In this document: positions 1-7,904 of the stretch, piece by piece | Layout of the letters: each line of letters opens with the position of its first letter | Position numbering within the stretch: position 1 is the stretch's first letter | From: a virus | DNA length: 64,000 bases | IMG/VR virus record: IMGVR_UViG_3300022745_000628 | Location: 32,001-96,000 of that record | Strand: one strand, 5' to 3' | The notes under the pieces: model-generated | What the model saw: only the letters and a program-made list of their open reading frames with translations | What the model was told of the DNA's origin: nothing | The model's database searches: none | Made by a program: the position numbers and the translations under genes

Positions 1-2
1 TT

Positions 3-131
3 ACACGGGCTTCGCAACATAAACGTCCTCGTATGTTGGTGAAATTACACCAGACTGTGATGCACGGAATAATTACTTCGCTTATCGAGAAACAAGTGGA
101 TATAGCCTTTATCGTCAATGTGGCCAGGTGA
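3..131 (+). CDS. 3' end of an ORF entering the window, probably the preceding array member
   Basis: Frame 3 is open from base 3 to TGA at 129-131, 3 nt before the ATG at 135, with the same tight packing as the array. Confidence 0.4.
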   Translation, partial: TRASQHKRPRMLVKLHQTVMHGIITSLIEKQVDIAFIVNVAR

Positions 132-134
132 TTT

Positions 135-419
135 ATGTATCAAACCAACTCAGAACCAATGACGCTTAACGTGAAAATGTGGTTATCGCTCGCGCCTAGC
201 CCGCCAACTGCCCAAACATTTAACCTCTATATGCATACACCATCGGCGTACTATTTTTGCAGACACCCGCAATCCGAAGAGCACGGATACGAAATTTTAC
301 GATTGTGGTGTGAAACCCATATATTCTTACTACACAAGTTAGATCCGTTAGCTAAAGGTCATGTTACCTGGCTTATACCGCTTCCAAAGTATTTCCGAAG
401 ATATGCCAAGTGGGGTTAA
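135..419 (+). CDS. NxxMW-family small protein
   Basis: LNVKMWLSL. Confidence 0.8.
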   Translation: MYQTNSEPMTLNVKMWLSLAPSPPTAQTFNLYMHTPSAYYFCRHPQSEEHGYEILRLWCETHIFLLHKLDPLAKGHVTWLIPLPKYFRRYAKWG

Positions 420-633
420 TGACGCCATGTGGCGTAAACTAGACATGCATACCGAACACTGTAATGGCCATATTAGTCAGCCGTGGCCAGCGTGGTGCGT
501 TATGGCCGCCCAACTTGTATACACAGGGTTAGAGTTCGCAACCATTTTAGCGCTTATTCGAAATAACCATAATAACGCACTTTTTCCACCGCAGGTACGG
601 AGAATTATAACTGATGTCATATATAAGCCATAG
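403..633 (+). CDS. NxxMW-family small protein (start moved from 361 to ATG 403)
   Basis: MPSGVNDAMWRKL; overlaps the previous stop. Confidence 0.75.
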   Translation: MPSGVNDAMWRKLDMHTEHCNGHISQPWPAWCVMAAQLVYTGLEFATILALIRNNHNNALFPPQVRRIITDVIYKP

Positions 634-850
634 AATGTGGGCACGGCTGGCAATAGATAGAGATTTACGTTTCCAAATAGCTTGCCCTAGTAACGTCTGG
701 ATAAATACTCGCGCTTTCCCAAAGCACACACCACTGCTGCACAAAGTATGTACCCCACTCACCACACTTAATTCATTCGACGTTTTTTGGCACGCGCGCA
801 CGGTAGAGCACGCCGTTTTTAGCGCAATCGACTTCAGTTATCTAGCTTAG
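614..850 (+). CDS. NxxMW-family small protein
   Basis: ISHRMWARL; 20-nt overlap. Confidence 0.8.
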   Translation: MSYISHRMWARLAIDRDLRFQIACPSNVWINTRAFPKHTPLLHKVCTPLTTLNSFDVFWHARTVEHAVFSAIDFSYLA

Positions 851-862
851 GGAGCCGGCTGT

Positions 863-1162
863 ATGCCTAAATTGAAGAAAAATGCGGTGAGCGCACTTAA
901 TCGAGATATGTGGGCAAAATTGGAGATCCCTATTGCACACATACGCAGCCCGTTTGATAACAGCCCTGATTTAGCAGGTTATATTATTCTGCACAAAGAC
1001 TTAATGAGGCCTACTAATGATTGGGCAGCTGCAAAAATAAACATATTTTGGTCAAGTTCTTTTTCGGATGTAATAATCCTGCTTCGGGCAGCAGTAAATA
1101 GTACTCGGGATTGTACCTATCCATTGGAGTCCGGAGTGTTGCATGACGCTGTTAGAAACTAG
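863..1162 (+). CDS. NxxMW-family small protein
   Basis: LNRDMWAKL; GGGAG upstream. Confidence 0.8.
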   Translation: MPKLKKNAVSALNRDMWAKLEIPIAHIRSPFDNSPDLAGYIILHKDLMRPTNDWAAAKINIFWSSSFSDVIILLRAAVNSTRDCTYPLESGVLHDAVRN

Positions 1163-1163
1163 T

Positions 1164-1421
1164 ATGCCAGATAGTAATGTGCACCAGTTAATGTGGAAGA
1201 AGTTGTTAATCGGAGAATCCAACGGGCTCGCGTACGGTCCCGCTAACATAGTGTACAACGGTATTTTTCCTAAAGGTTTCAACAACGTTAGGTTAGATAT
1301 GCTTCACATAGTTACTAACTATTTATACCTGTCGTCACGAATTAGTCGCAGTGTGTACACGGAATTACGCCAAGCGGTACGTCTGAGAAATCCTTTGCGA
1401 GATTCACGAGGAGATGAATGA
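1164..1421 (+). CDS. NxxMW-family small protein (ATG 1164 preferred to 1143)
   Basis: VHQLMWKKL. Confidence 0.75.
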   Translation: MPDSNVHQLMWKKLLIGESNGLAYGPANIVYNGIFPKGFNNVRLDMLHIVTNYLYLSSRISRSVYTELRQAVRLRNPLRDSRGDE

Positions 1422-1696
1422 GCGGCTTAAATAAACAAATGTGGCGACAGCTATACTTGGATAAAAAACTCTTAAAAGATAGCACTCTCGCAGGCGCTGT
1501 TCCGAATGGACGTAGTTTTAGGCCGGACTATATCCGCGGGTACACCGGTGCGGTACTAAAGCACCACATGCCCGATAGATTACGAGATAACGTAAAAATG
1601 ACACATACGGTGTCGCTACCTATTCGCGGTGCCATATTTTCCAACTTCAACGCTGTATTCAGAAAGTTAGCTTTTGATGTTGATCACTTCTCATGA
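1418..1696 (+). CDS. NxxMW-family small protein
   Basis: LNKQMWRQL; ATGA overlap, GAGGAG upstream. Confidence 0.85.
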   Translation: MSGLNKQMWRQLYLDKKLLKDSTLAGAVPNGRSFRPDYIRGYTGAVLKHHMPDRLRDNVKMTHTVSLPIRGAIFSNFNAVFRKLAFDVDHFS

Positions 1697-2024
1697 TTTT
1701 TCTAGCAGATCTACCGGCGTTGCGTATGCGATGTGGTTTAAATTAATATTCGCAGACAAGCCGTGTGATCCTAACGAGGCGAGTTACATACGACCACAAA
1801 ATATTAGCAAGGTTGGCCCGTTGGAACTTGCTGGGCCGGATATGTCGGAATTCGAGATACTCCCATATTTGCACGATGTATGCAGCCAAACTGTAGCTGA
1901 TTACCTTATTTGCATAGACGATTACACCTTGACGTACATGCGTACGGCTATCCAAGACATAGAATTTCGACTAGAACACGTCCAGTTAGAAATGGCAAGC
2001 GCTGTGTGCTGTGATAAAGATTAA
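1674..2024 (+). CDS. NxxMW-family small protein
   Basis: VAYAMWFKL. Confidence 0.7.
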   Translation: MMLITSHDFSSRSTGVAYAMWFKLIFADKPCDPNEASYIRPQNISKVGPLELAGPDMSEFEILPYLHDVCSQTVADYLICIDDYTLTYMRTAIQDIEFRLEHVQLEMASAVCCDKD

Positions 2025-2405
2025 ATGCGTAAGATGCCGTACAATTTCCTGTTAACTCTGGCGGATCAGCTAGATAGCGCACTTGCGTTTCTAGGCTTGT
2101 CCGGTTGGGTGCGACAGCCTATCAATATTCGAATGCAACTGAAGCTTCAACATAGGTATGTAAGCGAGGTATGGGATGCTTGGGCGCAACGCCGATTGTA
2201 CAATCCATTAGAGATGCCGGGCTGGATATATCCCAGATATGATCCTTGCCATATGCTACCGCGAGCTATTTCTGCGCGACAGCATGAAGCGCTTACGCAG
2301 TTAAAAATTAATTGGATGCGCAGCCTAATGTTGTTAGAAGTTGCGTTTATGATGCAGTTGCGACTGCGATTATTCACAAAATTAAGGAACTTAGGCTGTG
2401 CGTGA
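2025..2405 (+). CDS. NxxMW-family variant
   Basis: INIRMQLKL (W to Q); start uncertain. Confidence 0.6.
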   Translation: MRKMPYNFLLTLADQLDSALAFLGLSGWVRQPINIRMQLKLQHRYVSEVWDAWAQRRLYNPLEMPGWIYPRYDPCHMLPRAISARQHEALTQLKINWMRSLMLLEVAFMMQLRLRLFTKLRNLGCA

Positions 2406-2622
2406 CAATCCTGTCGGTAATCAGATGTCGAAAAAATGCTTGGATGCGAGCCGCGCGGTGTACGCTGTGCCGTACGTGGCGCATAATAAAATCCATTGGT
2501 GTGATGGACATTTGACAAATGTTGCGTGTGTGTATGGCACCACTGACTTGCAGATCATTGAGCATATCCACAACGTTACCGTGGCCAGGTACATTAAATG
2601 GAGGCAGGTTGATGTCGTTTAA
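2398..2622 (+). CDS. Degenerate array member
   Basis: GNQMSKKCL is a weak motif match; fills the gap with overlaps on both sides. Confidence 0.5.
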   Translation: MRDNPVGNQMSKKCLDASRAVYAVPYVAHNKIHWCDGHLTNVACVYGTTDLQIIEHIHNVTVARYIKWRQVDVV

Positions 2623-2869
2623 GCTTATTAACCTGTTAATGTGGTGGAAACTTGCGGGGGGTACCACTGCGGAAGGCCCTAAAAATATATGCGCTGCCGC
2701 AGGTGCAACTATTCGTACGCAGCTTAAGATCGCGTTATCAGATACGTACGTGACTGCTTATACCGTTACTGGCCTACGAGACGCACACACTCGGAGCAGG
2801 GTACTTCAGGAAACTATTTATGATGTGTGCGATCAAATTGCAGATCAGTGGAATATCAACGAATGTTAA
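2612..2869 (+). CDS. NxxMW-family small protein (start moved from 2519 to ATG 2612)
   Basis: MSFKLINLLMWWKLA. Confidence 0.8.
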   Translation: MSFKLINLLMWWKLAGGTTAEGPKNICAAAGATIRTQLKIALSDTYVTAYTVTGLRDAHTRSRVLQETIYDVCDQIADQWNINEC

Positions 2870-2972
2870 ATTCTGCAATGCTGTACAAAGCCGCTAGTTA
2901 TTACGGTATCGCGTTAAATGTGCACGGTTATTATTTAGACCGGAACAAGCTTAACGATGATGAGAATAGTTA

Positions 2973-3000
2973 TCAAAACGATAGTATTTCATCGTTTTGA
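2973..3000 (-). ncRNA. Hairpin, likely part of the TnpB omega-RNA scaffold
   Basis: Perfect 10-bp stem TCAAAACGAT (2973-2982)/ATCGTTTTGA (2991-3000) overlapping the tnpB 3' end. Confidence 0.5.
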
Positions 3001-4070
3001 GTCCGATTGTCCGAGCGACTATAAACTGCTCGGTTGAGGATATTGACGGCCGCGTTTGTATCCGCGTCCGTTTCGTACCCACAAGAAACACACCGATAAG
3101 CCAGGCCTACCCTGGAAGATCTATCGATGTTTCCACACCTGGAACAAGTTTGCGAGGTGTAAGCGGCAGGAACATCCTGTACGCCCACACCCTTAGCCGC
3201 GCACTTGTCTTTGATCTTTTGCAATGTCTTGGAATAAACCCACGACGCCATTTTATTGGCGAATCGCCTGGACATTGTTCGAGAGGCTCGGGTGCCGCGC
3301 TTAACGTTTTTAAGCGCTTCAAGCACTACGTAAGTAGGCTGCTCTGCCGCCAGCATCTGATTTACAGCCTTGCCGACAAGGTTGTCTCGTTGCTGCATGG
3401 TGCGCTGGCGGTTTACAGACCCTCGTTTTTGTCTTGCTAGCTTTTCGTAAACCCGTTCTAGCTCTTGCCCATAAATATTGCCGGTAGAAGTAGCGAGTAA
3501 ACGCTTGTAACCGCAATCCACGCCTACTGGTTTATCGCCAGGCGAAGTAGTCGCAGCTACTTCTTTTTCAAAGCAAACATCTAGATAAAATCTGTTACCA
3601 ACTTGCCGCAGTCTGGCGGACTTACTTAGCTGCCAACCGTCTGTAACAAACGCGTTGAAGTGCTTGTGTTTGTGCGTAGGCAGTGCCAGTTTAATCCCCC
3701 TCCCTAGTGAAGCCAGCCTGACCCAGAAATCGAACGAAGTAGTTTGAGCGTTTCTGTCGAAGGTTACAAATCGGCTGTCTAAATTGATCACAGATCGGCG
3801 AAACACAGGTTTACTTGTGCATCGCCCCCGCGATAATCTAGCTTTCGCGGATTTCACGATCTCGGAAGCTTGCTTACCTAAGCATTGCTGCAGCCTTGCG
3901 GATAGCCAACTATCTACTTTTTGCGTTACAAACTTTACCTTAGGAGCCTCCCAAAGTAAGTCGATGTAAAGATTCACTACGCGAACGGCTTCTACCATAA
4001 CTTCGGCTAACGCAGTCTTTTTGCCCGCGTTGCTGTACGCCAAATTGAGTTGGCAACGTCTAATCTCCAT
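2973..4070 (-). CDS. tnpB: TnpB RNA-guided nuclease (IS607-associated), 365 aa
   Basis: RuvC motifs VGVDCG, VVLEAL and DADTNAAVNI; zinc finger CSRCG...CVSCG. Confidence 0.93.
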   Translation of the reverse strand: MEIRRCQLNLAYSNAGKKTALAEVMVEAVRVVNLYIDLLWEAPKVKFVTQKVDSWLSARLQQCLGKQASEIVKSAKARLSRGRCTSKPVFRRSVINLDSRFVTFDRNAQTTSFDFWVRLASLGRGIKLALPTHKHKHFNAFVTDGWQLSKSARLRQVGNRFYLDVCFEKEVAATTSPGDKPVGVDCGYKRLLATSTGNIYGQELERVYEKLARQKRGSVNRQRTMQQRDNLVGKAVNQMLAAEQPTYVVLEALKNVKRGTRASRTMSRRFANKMASWVYSKTLQKIKDKCAAKGVGVQDVPAAYTSQTCSRCGNIDRSSRVGLAYRCVSCGYETDADTNAAVNILNRAVYSRSDNRTQNDEILSF

Positions 4071-4617
4071 GTTGCAACTCCTGTATCAATTTTTCTGTGT
4101 TACGTTGCGTCCTACGACGCCCATAAAGGCGAGCGCAGAAACTGGTGACAATGGCCACAAAATCTTGCATTAGGTCGCTTTTGTCGTCCATCGCTGGGTT
4201 TATGACTACAAACTCACAAGCTGGTTTTGCTGCTACCAGCAAGTTAAAACCAAATCGCGTCAGCCGGTCCTTATGCTCTATCACAATCCTGGCAACTGTA
4301 TCGTCTCGCAAAATCTTTAGTAACTTTTTACGATCGTCATTTAGTCCGCTTCCGATCTCCGTAACAATGTCTGAGACTATCCAACCTTTGGCAGCGCAAA
4401 AGCTAGCTACGCGTTCGGCCTGGGTTGTCAGCTTGCTTTTGTTTTGAGCAGAGCTCACGCGCGCGTAAACAATCGTCTTGCCAACTATTGCGGCATCTTC
4501 TATACACACGGTACCAGTTGGCAGCCTATACGCCCCAGGTATTTTTCCTGCCTTGAATTGCTTCCACGCGGTTTGGTAAGTAATGCCGTGTTGTTTTGCG
4601 TAATCTCGTAATCTCAT
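4060..4617 (-). CDS. tnpA: IS607-type serine recombinase with N-terminal HTH
   Basis: N-terminal HTH (YAKQHGITYQTAWKQF), catalytic YARVSS, EIGSGLN and IEHKDRLTRFGF. Confidence 0.95.
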   Translation of the reverse strand: MRLRDYAKQHGITYQTAWKQFKAGKIPGAYRLPTGTVCIEDAAIVGKTIVYARVSSAQNKSKLTTQAERVASFCAAKGWIVSDIVTEIGSGLNDDRKKLLKILRDDTVARIVIEHKDRLTRFGFNLLVAAKPACEFVVINPAMDDKSDLMQDFVAIVTSFCARLYGRRRTQRNTEKLIQELQHGD

Positions 4618-4623
4618 GTTTTT

Positions 4624-4632
4624 ATTATAGCA
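4624..4632 (-). promoter_or_regulatory. Extended -10 promoter (TGcTATAAT) for a probably leaderless tnpA transcript
   Basis: Minus strand reads TGCTATAAT, then AAAAAC, then the tnpA ATG. Confidence 0.55.
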
Positions 4633-4786
4633 AAGGAATACAAAAGACTATGCCTTATTCAAAAGAATTTCAATACCTTCTCAACGTCGGCTGTCCATGA
4701 CGTTGCGTTTGAGCTACATATTAAAGAACAGCAACGTATATTGTTTTTATTGCTTGACAAGCAGTTGCGCGGCACAGGAGTTAAAA

Positions 4787-5023
4787 TTGAGTTTTAATAT
4801 TAAAATGTGGTTACGCCTTGTGATATTTCCAATACATAAGTTTCGGCGTCGCGAGCCACATGACGGGTTGTATGCTGGGGTCGTAACACCAGAATTTCGC
4901 ATAATGCTGGATCAGGGAATGGCAATAGCCCACATACATTCAAAAGTACATATGTTGCAGTCTATGCCTGTGGAGCTCCCTGTACATCATGTAATCGAGG
5001 AAATCGTTTATGACAGAGCTTAA
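4787..5023 (+). CDS. NxxMW-family small protein (TTG start 4787)
   Basis: AGGAG 6 nt upstream; FNIKMWLRL ... LYAG. Confidence 0.8.
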   Translation: MSFNIKMWLRLVIFPIHKFRRREPHDGLYAGVVTPEFRIMLDQGMAIAHIHSKVHMLQSMPVELPVHHVIEEIVYDRA

Positions 5024-5261
5024 AGAAATGGAAGAGTGGTGGTCTGTAAACAAGCTCATGTGGGACAGACTAGCGGCAGCAGCAATAATACGCGAGCGAC
5101 CAGCGGACATACGGTACGCTGGCGAAGCACGCGCTTTCTTTGCTAAGCTGTCGCATCAAGCGTATAAAATATCAGGTACGTATGAGGCCAGATTTCGAAA
5201 TATGTCTGGGCAGATCGCCGTATATTATGTAATCTCGGAAATTGTCCATGTCAAAACATAG
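5010..5261 (+). CDS. NxxMW-family, 238-nt core unit 1
   Basis: VNKLMWDRLA ... PADIRYAG. Confidence 0.9.
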   Translation: MTELKEMEEWWSVNKLMWDRLAAAAIIRERPADIRYAGEARAFFAKLSHQAYKISGTYEARFRNMSGQIAVYYVISEIVHVKT

Positions 5262-5499
5262 CGAACAGTTAGTCAGATTGTCAATAAACAAGCTCATGTG
5301 GGATAAGTTAGCTGTAGCAGCGTCTGAGTACGAGAGTCCGAGTAATTTCTGTTACGCCGGTGGCATGGACGCTTTAGTAATTAACATGTCGCTGTCCCAC
5401 TATGCCGTATTATTATCCTACGCTGATAAACATAAACATCAGCCAATGTTTATCGGCGTGCAGCGGTTAATCGTGAGAATTGTCGATGCCAAAACATAG
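5242..5499 (+). CDS. NxxMW-family, core unit 2
   Basis: INKLMWDKLA ... PSNFCYAG. Confidence 0.9.
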   Translation: MSMSKHSEQLVRLSINKLMWDKLAVAASEYESPSNFCYAGGMDALVINMSLSHYAVLLSYADKHKHQPMFIGVQRLIVRIVDAKT

Positions 5500-5734
5500 A
5501 GAACTTTCAATGAAATTAGCAGTAAACGAACTCATGTGGGATAGGTTAGCCGTTACAGCATCTGAGTACGAGCGGCTGTCTGAGTTCTGTTATGCGGGCG
5601 GTGTTAGCCGTTTACTAGCTAACATATCGATCCAACAATATAAAGGATTACTAGCTCATATAGAGAATCTTAGACATACCTCCACGCATCTTATCTTGCA
5701 GGTACTTATCCAGAAAACTGTACGGCAAAGCTAG
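5480..5734 (+). CDS. NxxMW-family, core unit 3
   Basis: VNELMWDRLA ... FCYAG. Confidence 0.9.
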   Translation: MSMPKHRELSMKLAVNELMWDRLAVTASEYERLSEFCYAGGVSRLLANISIQQYKGLLAHIENLRHTSTHLILQVLIQKTVRQS

Positions 5735-5744
5735 AGAACTTTCA

Positions 5745-5972
5745 ATGAAATTAACAGTAAATAAGCTCATGTGGGATAGGTTAGCGATTGAGAGCATTGA
5801 TTTCCAGCCAGCGCATAATACCGCATACTCCGGTAGCAGAGAGGCTTTAGTAGCTAAAATGCAATATAAGCAGTATACTTACTTCATGGAGTGGATACCT
5901 ATGGTGCAGTATCACCTAAGTTTGGTTGTAGTGGATAGGGCAGTCAGGCGCATATTGTATGCCAGAACATAG
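5745..5972 (+). CDS. NxxMW-family, core unit 4
   Basis: VNKLMWDRLA ... PAHNTAYSG. Confidence 0.9.
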   Translation: MKLTVNKLMWDRLAIESIDFQPAHNTAYSGSREALVAKMQYKQYTYFMEWIPMVQYHLSLVVVDRAVRRILYART

Positions 5973-6210
5973 CAAACTTTCAATTCGCCGGCCAGTAAAC
6001 AAGCTCATGTGGGATAAGCTAGCGGTTAAGTCAAATAGTGATGAGTATCCGAGTGCCGTACAGTACGCTGGGGATACATCCCCTTTAGTAAATAAGATAA
6101 CGTGGCAAGGTTATAACACAGTGATGGCATATGTAAGCTTGATGAGATACAGTTCCGCATATTACGCAGTATATGATTTAATAGAGGAAATTGTTTATGA
6201 CAAAAGCTAA
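5959..6210 (+). CDS. NxxMW-family, core unit 5
   Basis: VNKLMWDKLA ... PSAVQYAG. Confidence 0.9.
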   Translation: MPEHSKLSIRRPVNKLMWDKLAVKSNSDEYPSAVQYAGDTSPLVNKITWQGYNTVMAYVSLMRYSSAYYAVYDLIEEIVYDKS

Positions 6211-6448
6211 CAGGCGTCCAATCAAATTACCAGTAAACCGGCTTATGTGGGATAGCTTAGCGATTAAAGCAGATGAGTACGAGAATCCGGCTCATGTCTG
6301 TTATGCCGGCAGTAAGGACGCTTTAGTAGCTAAAGTAACGCTGGCGCACTATCACGGATTACTAGACTATGCATATAATACGCAAAATATTTCATCGTCT
6401 ATTAGCCTGCAGCAATTAATCAGGAGAACTGCGAATGTCAAGCCATAA
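6191..6448 (+). CDS. NxxMW-family, core unit 6
   Basis: VNRLMWDSLA ... PAHVCYAG. Confidence 0.9.
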   Translation: MFMTKANRRPIKLPVNRLMWDSLAIKADEYENPAHVCYAGSKDALVAKVTLAHYHGLLDYAYNTQNISSSISLQQLIRRTANVKP

Positions 6449-6686
6449 CAAACATCCAATCAAATTACCAGTAAACCGGCTTATGTGGGATAGTCTAGCA
6501 GTCGAGCCCATTGATTTCCAGATACCGCACGATACATGTTACGCTGGCAGTACGACTGGTTTATTAACTAAGATGCCGAAGGCGCAATATAACGTATTAC
6601 TAGACATGGTAGCTGTTATGCCGTATCCGCAGACTTCTCTTGTCGTGTATAGTCTATTAAAGAGAATTTGGCATGTCGGAGTATAA
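6435..6686 (+). CDS. NxxMW-family, core unit 7
   Basis: VNRLMWDSLA ... PHDTCYAG. Confidence 0.9.
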   Translation: MSSHNKHPIKLPVNRLMWDSLAVEPIDFQIPHDTCYAGSTTGLLTKMPKAQYNVLLDMVAVMPYPQTSLVVYSLLKRIWHVGV

Positions 6687-6930
6687 CAAACATCCAATCA
6701 AATTACCAATAAATAAGCTTATGTGGAATAAGCTAGCGGCCAATTCATTAGAGAAGGAGCTACCGAATCACACCGTTTGCGCTGGCGATATAGGCGCTTT
6801 CATGCCTGACAGGCCATCGTCGTCGTCGGAAGATTACCAAGCGCTATACTATGCCGCTAGATTGTCAAATGTATTTGTGGACTTCGTTGCGCATGCGGCA
6901 ATCGGTGAAATTGTTTATGGCAAAAATTAA
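6673..6930 (+). CDS. NxxMW-family, core unit 8
   Basis: INKLMWNKLA ... PNHTVCAG. Confidence 0.9.
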   Translation: MSEYNKHPIKLPINKLMWNKLAANSLEKELPNHTVCAGDIGAFMPDRPSSSSEDYQALYYAARLSNVFVDFVAHAAIGEIVYGKN

Positions 6931-7177
6931 TAAATTTCTAGTGAAATTACCAGTAAACAAGCTCATGTGGGATAGGTTGTCGGCTGACGCGTTAGAGAGT
7001 GAGCTGCCTGGTAACTACTATTACTCCGGCCGATTTAACAGCGCCATGTATAGCCGGCAATGGCAGGCATGCGGCATAATACTAGCCGTTGCAGAGGATC
7101 CGCGGTATCTTCGACAGTCTAACGAGTCTAACGGCGTGCACAAAATAATCTTGGAAATTGTGCATGCCCGCACATAA
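6917..7177 (+). CDS. NxxMW-family, core unit 9 (ATG 6917)
   Basis: VNKLMWDRLS ... PGNYYYSG. Confidence 0.9.
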   Translation: MAKINKFLVKLPVNKLMWDRLSADALESELPGNYYYSGRFNSAMYSRQWQACGIILAVAEDPRYLRQSNESNGVHKIILEIVHART

Positions 7178-7430
7178 CGAACATCCGGTCAAATTGACGG
7201 TGAATAAGCTTATGTGGTACGCACTGACGGATGCGCCCATTTATTATGAAATAATGATTGACACTTGTTACGCTGGTAGCGCCGGGCCTTTCTTAGATGT
7301 CATGCGATGGGTTCAATATAAAACACTGCTGGACCACGTCAATAGAACGATGCCAGCCGATAGTTTGCAACTGACGCTGCTAAGCAGCGCTACCGTCCCA
7401 CTTCTAAAACTAGACCGGTTTCAAAAATGA
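7158..7430 (+). CDS. NxxMW-family, core unit 10
   Basis: VNKLMWYALT ... TCYAG. Confidence 0.9.
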   Translation: MCMPAHNEHPVKLTVNKLMWYALTDAPIYYEIMIDTCYAGSAGPFLDVMRWVQYKTLLDHVNRTMPADSLQLTLLSSATVPLLKLDRFQK

Positions 7431-7645
7431 TAAATCACAAAATGTACAGACTATTAGCGCTAGCACAGCCAAACTTCGAGCAGCCTTCCAATAGCGTATT
7501 CGTTGGCTCGGTAGCCGCACTATTAAGCCGTGTGGAGCACCATACCATTGTGTTTAAATGTACTGCAGTGGCGGAGCTTTGTAAGCTGCATATATCAATT
7601 TCAAAAGAACTTTGGCTATTGCAAGGTAAATATTTTGACTATTAA
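7427..7645 (+). CDS. NxxMW-family variant
   Basis: INHKMYRLL ... PSNSVFVG. Confidence 0.8.
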   Translation: MINHKMYRLLALAQPNFEQPSNSVFVGSVAALLSRVEHHTIVFKCTAVAELCKLHISISKELWLLQGKYFDY

Positions 7646-7904
7646 CAATCAAATGTGGGACAAATTGCAAATTACAGGCCACACAGTCTCGCTGTTTCCA
7701 GGTGATGCAGTGTATATCGGTTTAAAAAGCTATTTATATGCGAATATGCAAGTAATTGGTGCCTATACAGATTGGTTCCAGTTCACACACTTTTGGTCAA
7801 AAGTGTACATGCGTCATAACGATATTATCCGGCACAACCCGGAGCAGGATTTACCACTCCCTCTTTGGTACGAGCAAAATGACATCTACATCCCAGAATG
7901 GTAA
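7635..7904 (+). CDS. NxxMW-family small protein (TTG 7635)
   Basis: INNQMWDKL ... PGDAVYIG. Confidence 0.8.
   Translation: MTINNQMWDKLQITGHTVSLFPGDAVYIGLKSYLYANMQVIGAYTDWFQFTHFWSKVYMRHNDIIRHNPEQDLPLPLWYEQNDIYIPEW

Larger units (their letters stand above)
2941..4690 (-). mobile_element. IS607-family element (tnpA serine recombinase + tnpB); ends approximate
   Basis: Overlapping tnpA-tnpB on the strand opposite to everything else. Shared CGG at 2941-2943 and 4688-4690 is a candidate crossover core. TCTTTTG(A/T)AT direct repeats upstream of tnpA. Confidence 0.85.
2863..4797 (+). pseudogene. Array member apparently split by the IS607 element
   Basis: The 5' part from ATG 2863 reads MLNSAMLYKAASYYG. 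The 3' part (4690-4797) reads AVHDVAFELHIKEQQRILFLLLDKQLRGTGVKIEF* and overlaps the next start. Exact junction unresolved. Confidence 0.5.
5046..7225 (+). repeat. Ten copies of a ~24-nt coding repeat GTAAA(C/T)AAGCT(C/T)ATGTGGGATA, period about 238 nt
   Basis: Copies start at 5046, 5284, 5522, 5757, 5995, 6233, 6471, 6709, 6953 and 7200. Confidence 0.9.

Noticed and set aside
2997-4447. + strand ORFs 2997-3440, 3784-3969 and 4145-4447
   Set aside because: They are antisense shadows of tnpB/tnpA and lack the array motif.
5046-7225. CRISPR array (regular repeats with unique spacers)
   Set aside because: Repeats are degenerate at synonymous positions and lie inside ORFs, the spacers are about 214 nt and coding, and no cas genes are present.
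5010-7430. One polyprotein made by serial programmed frameshifts
   Set aside because: No slippery heptamer recurs at the junctions, and each unit has an ATG with a purine-rich upstream sequence; translational coupling is simpler.
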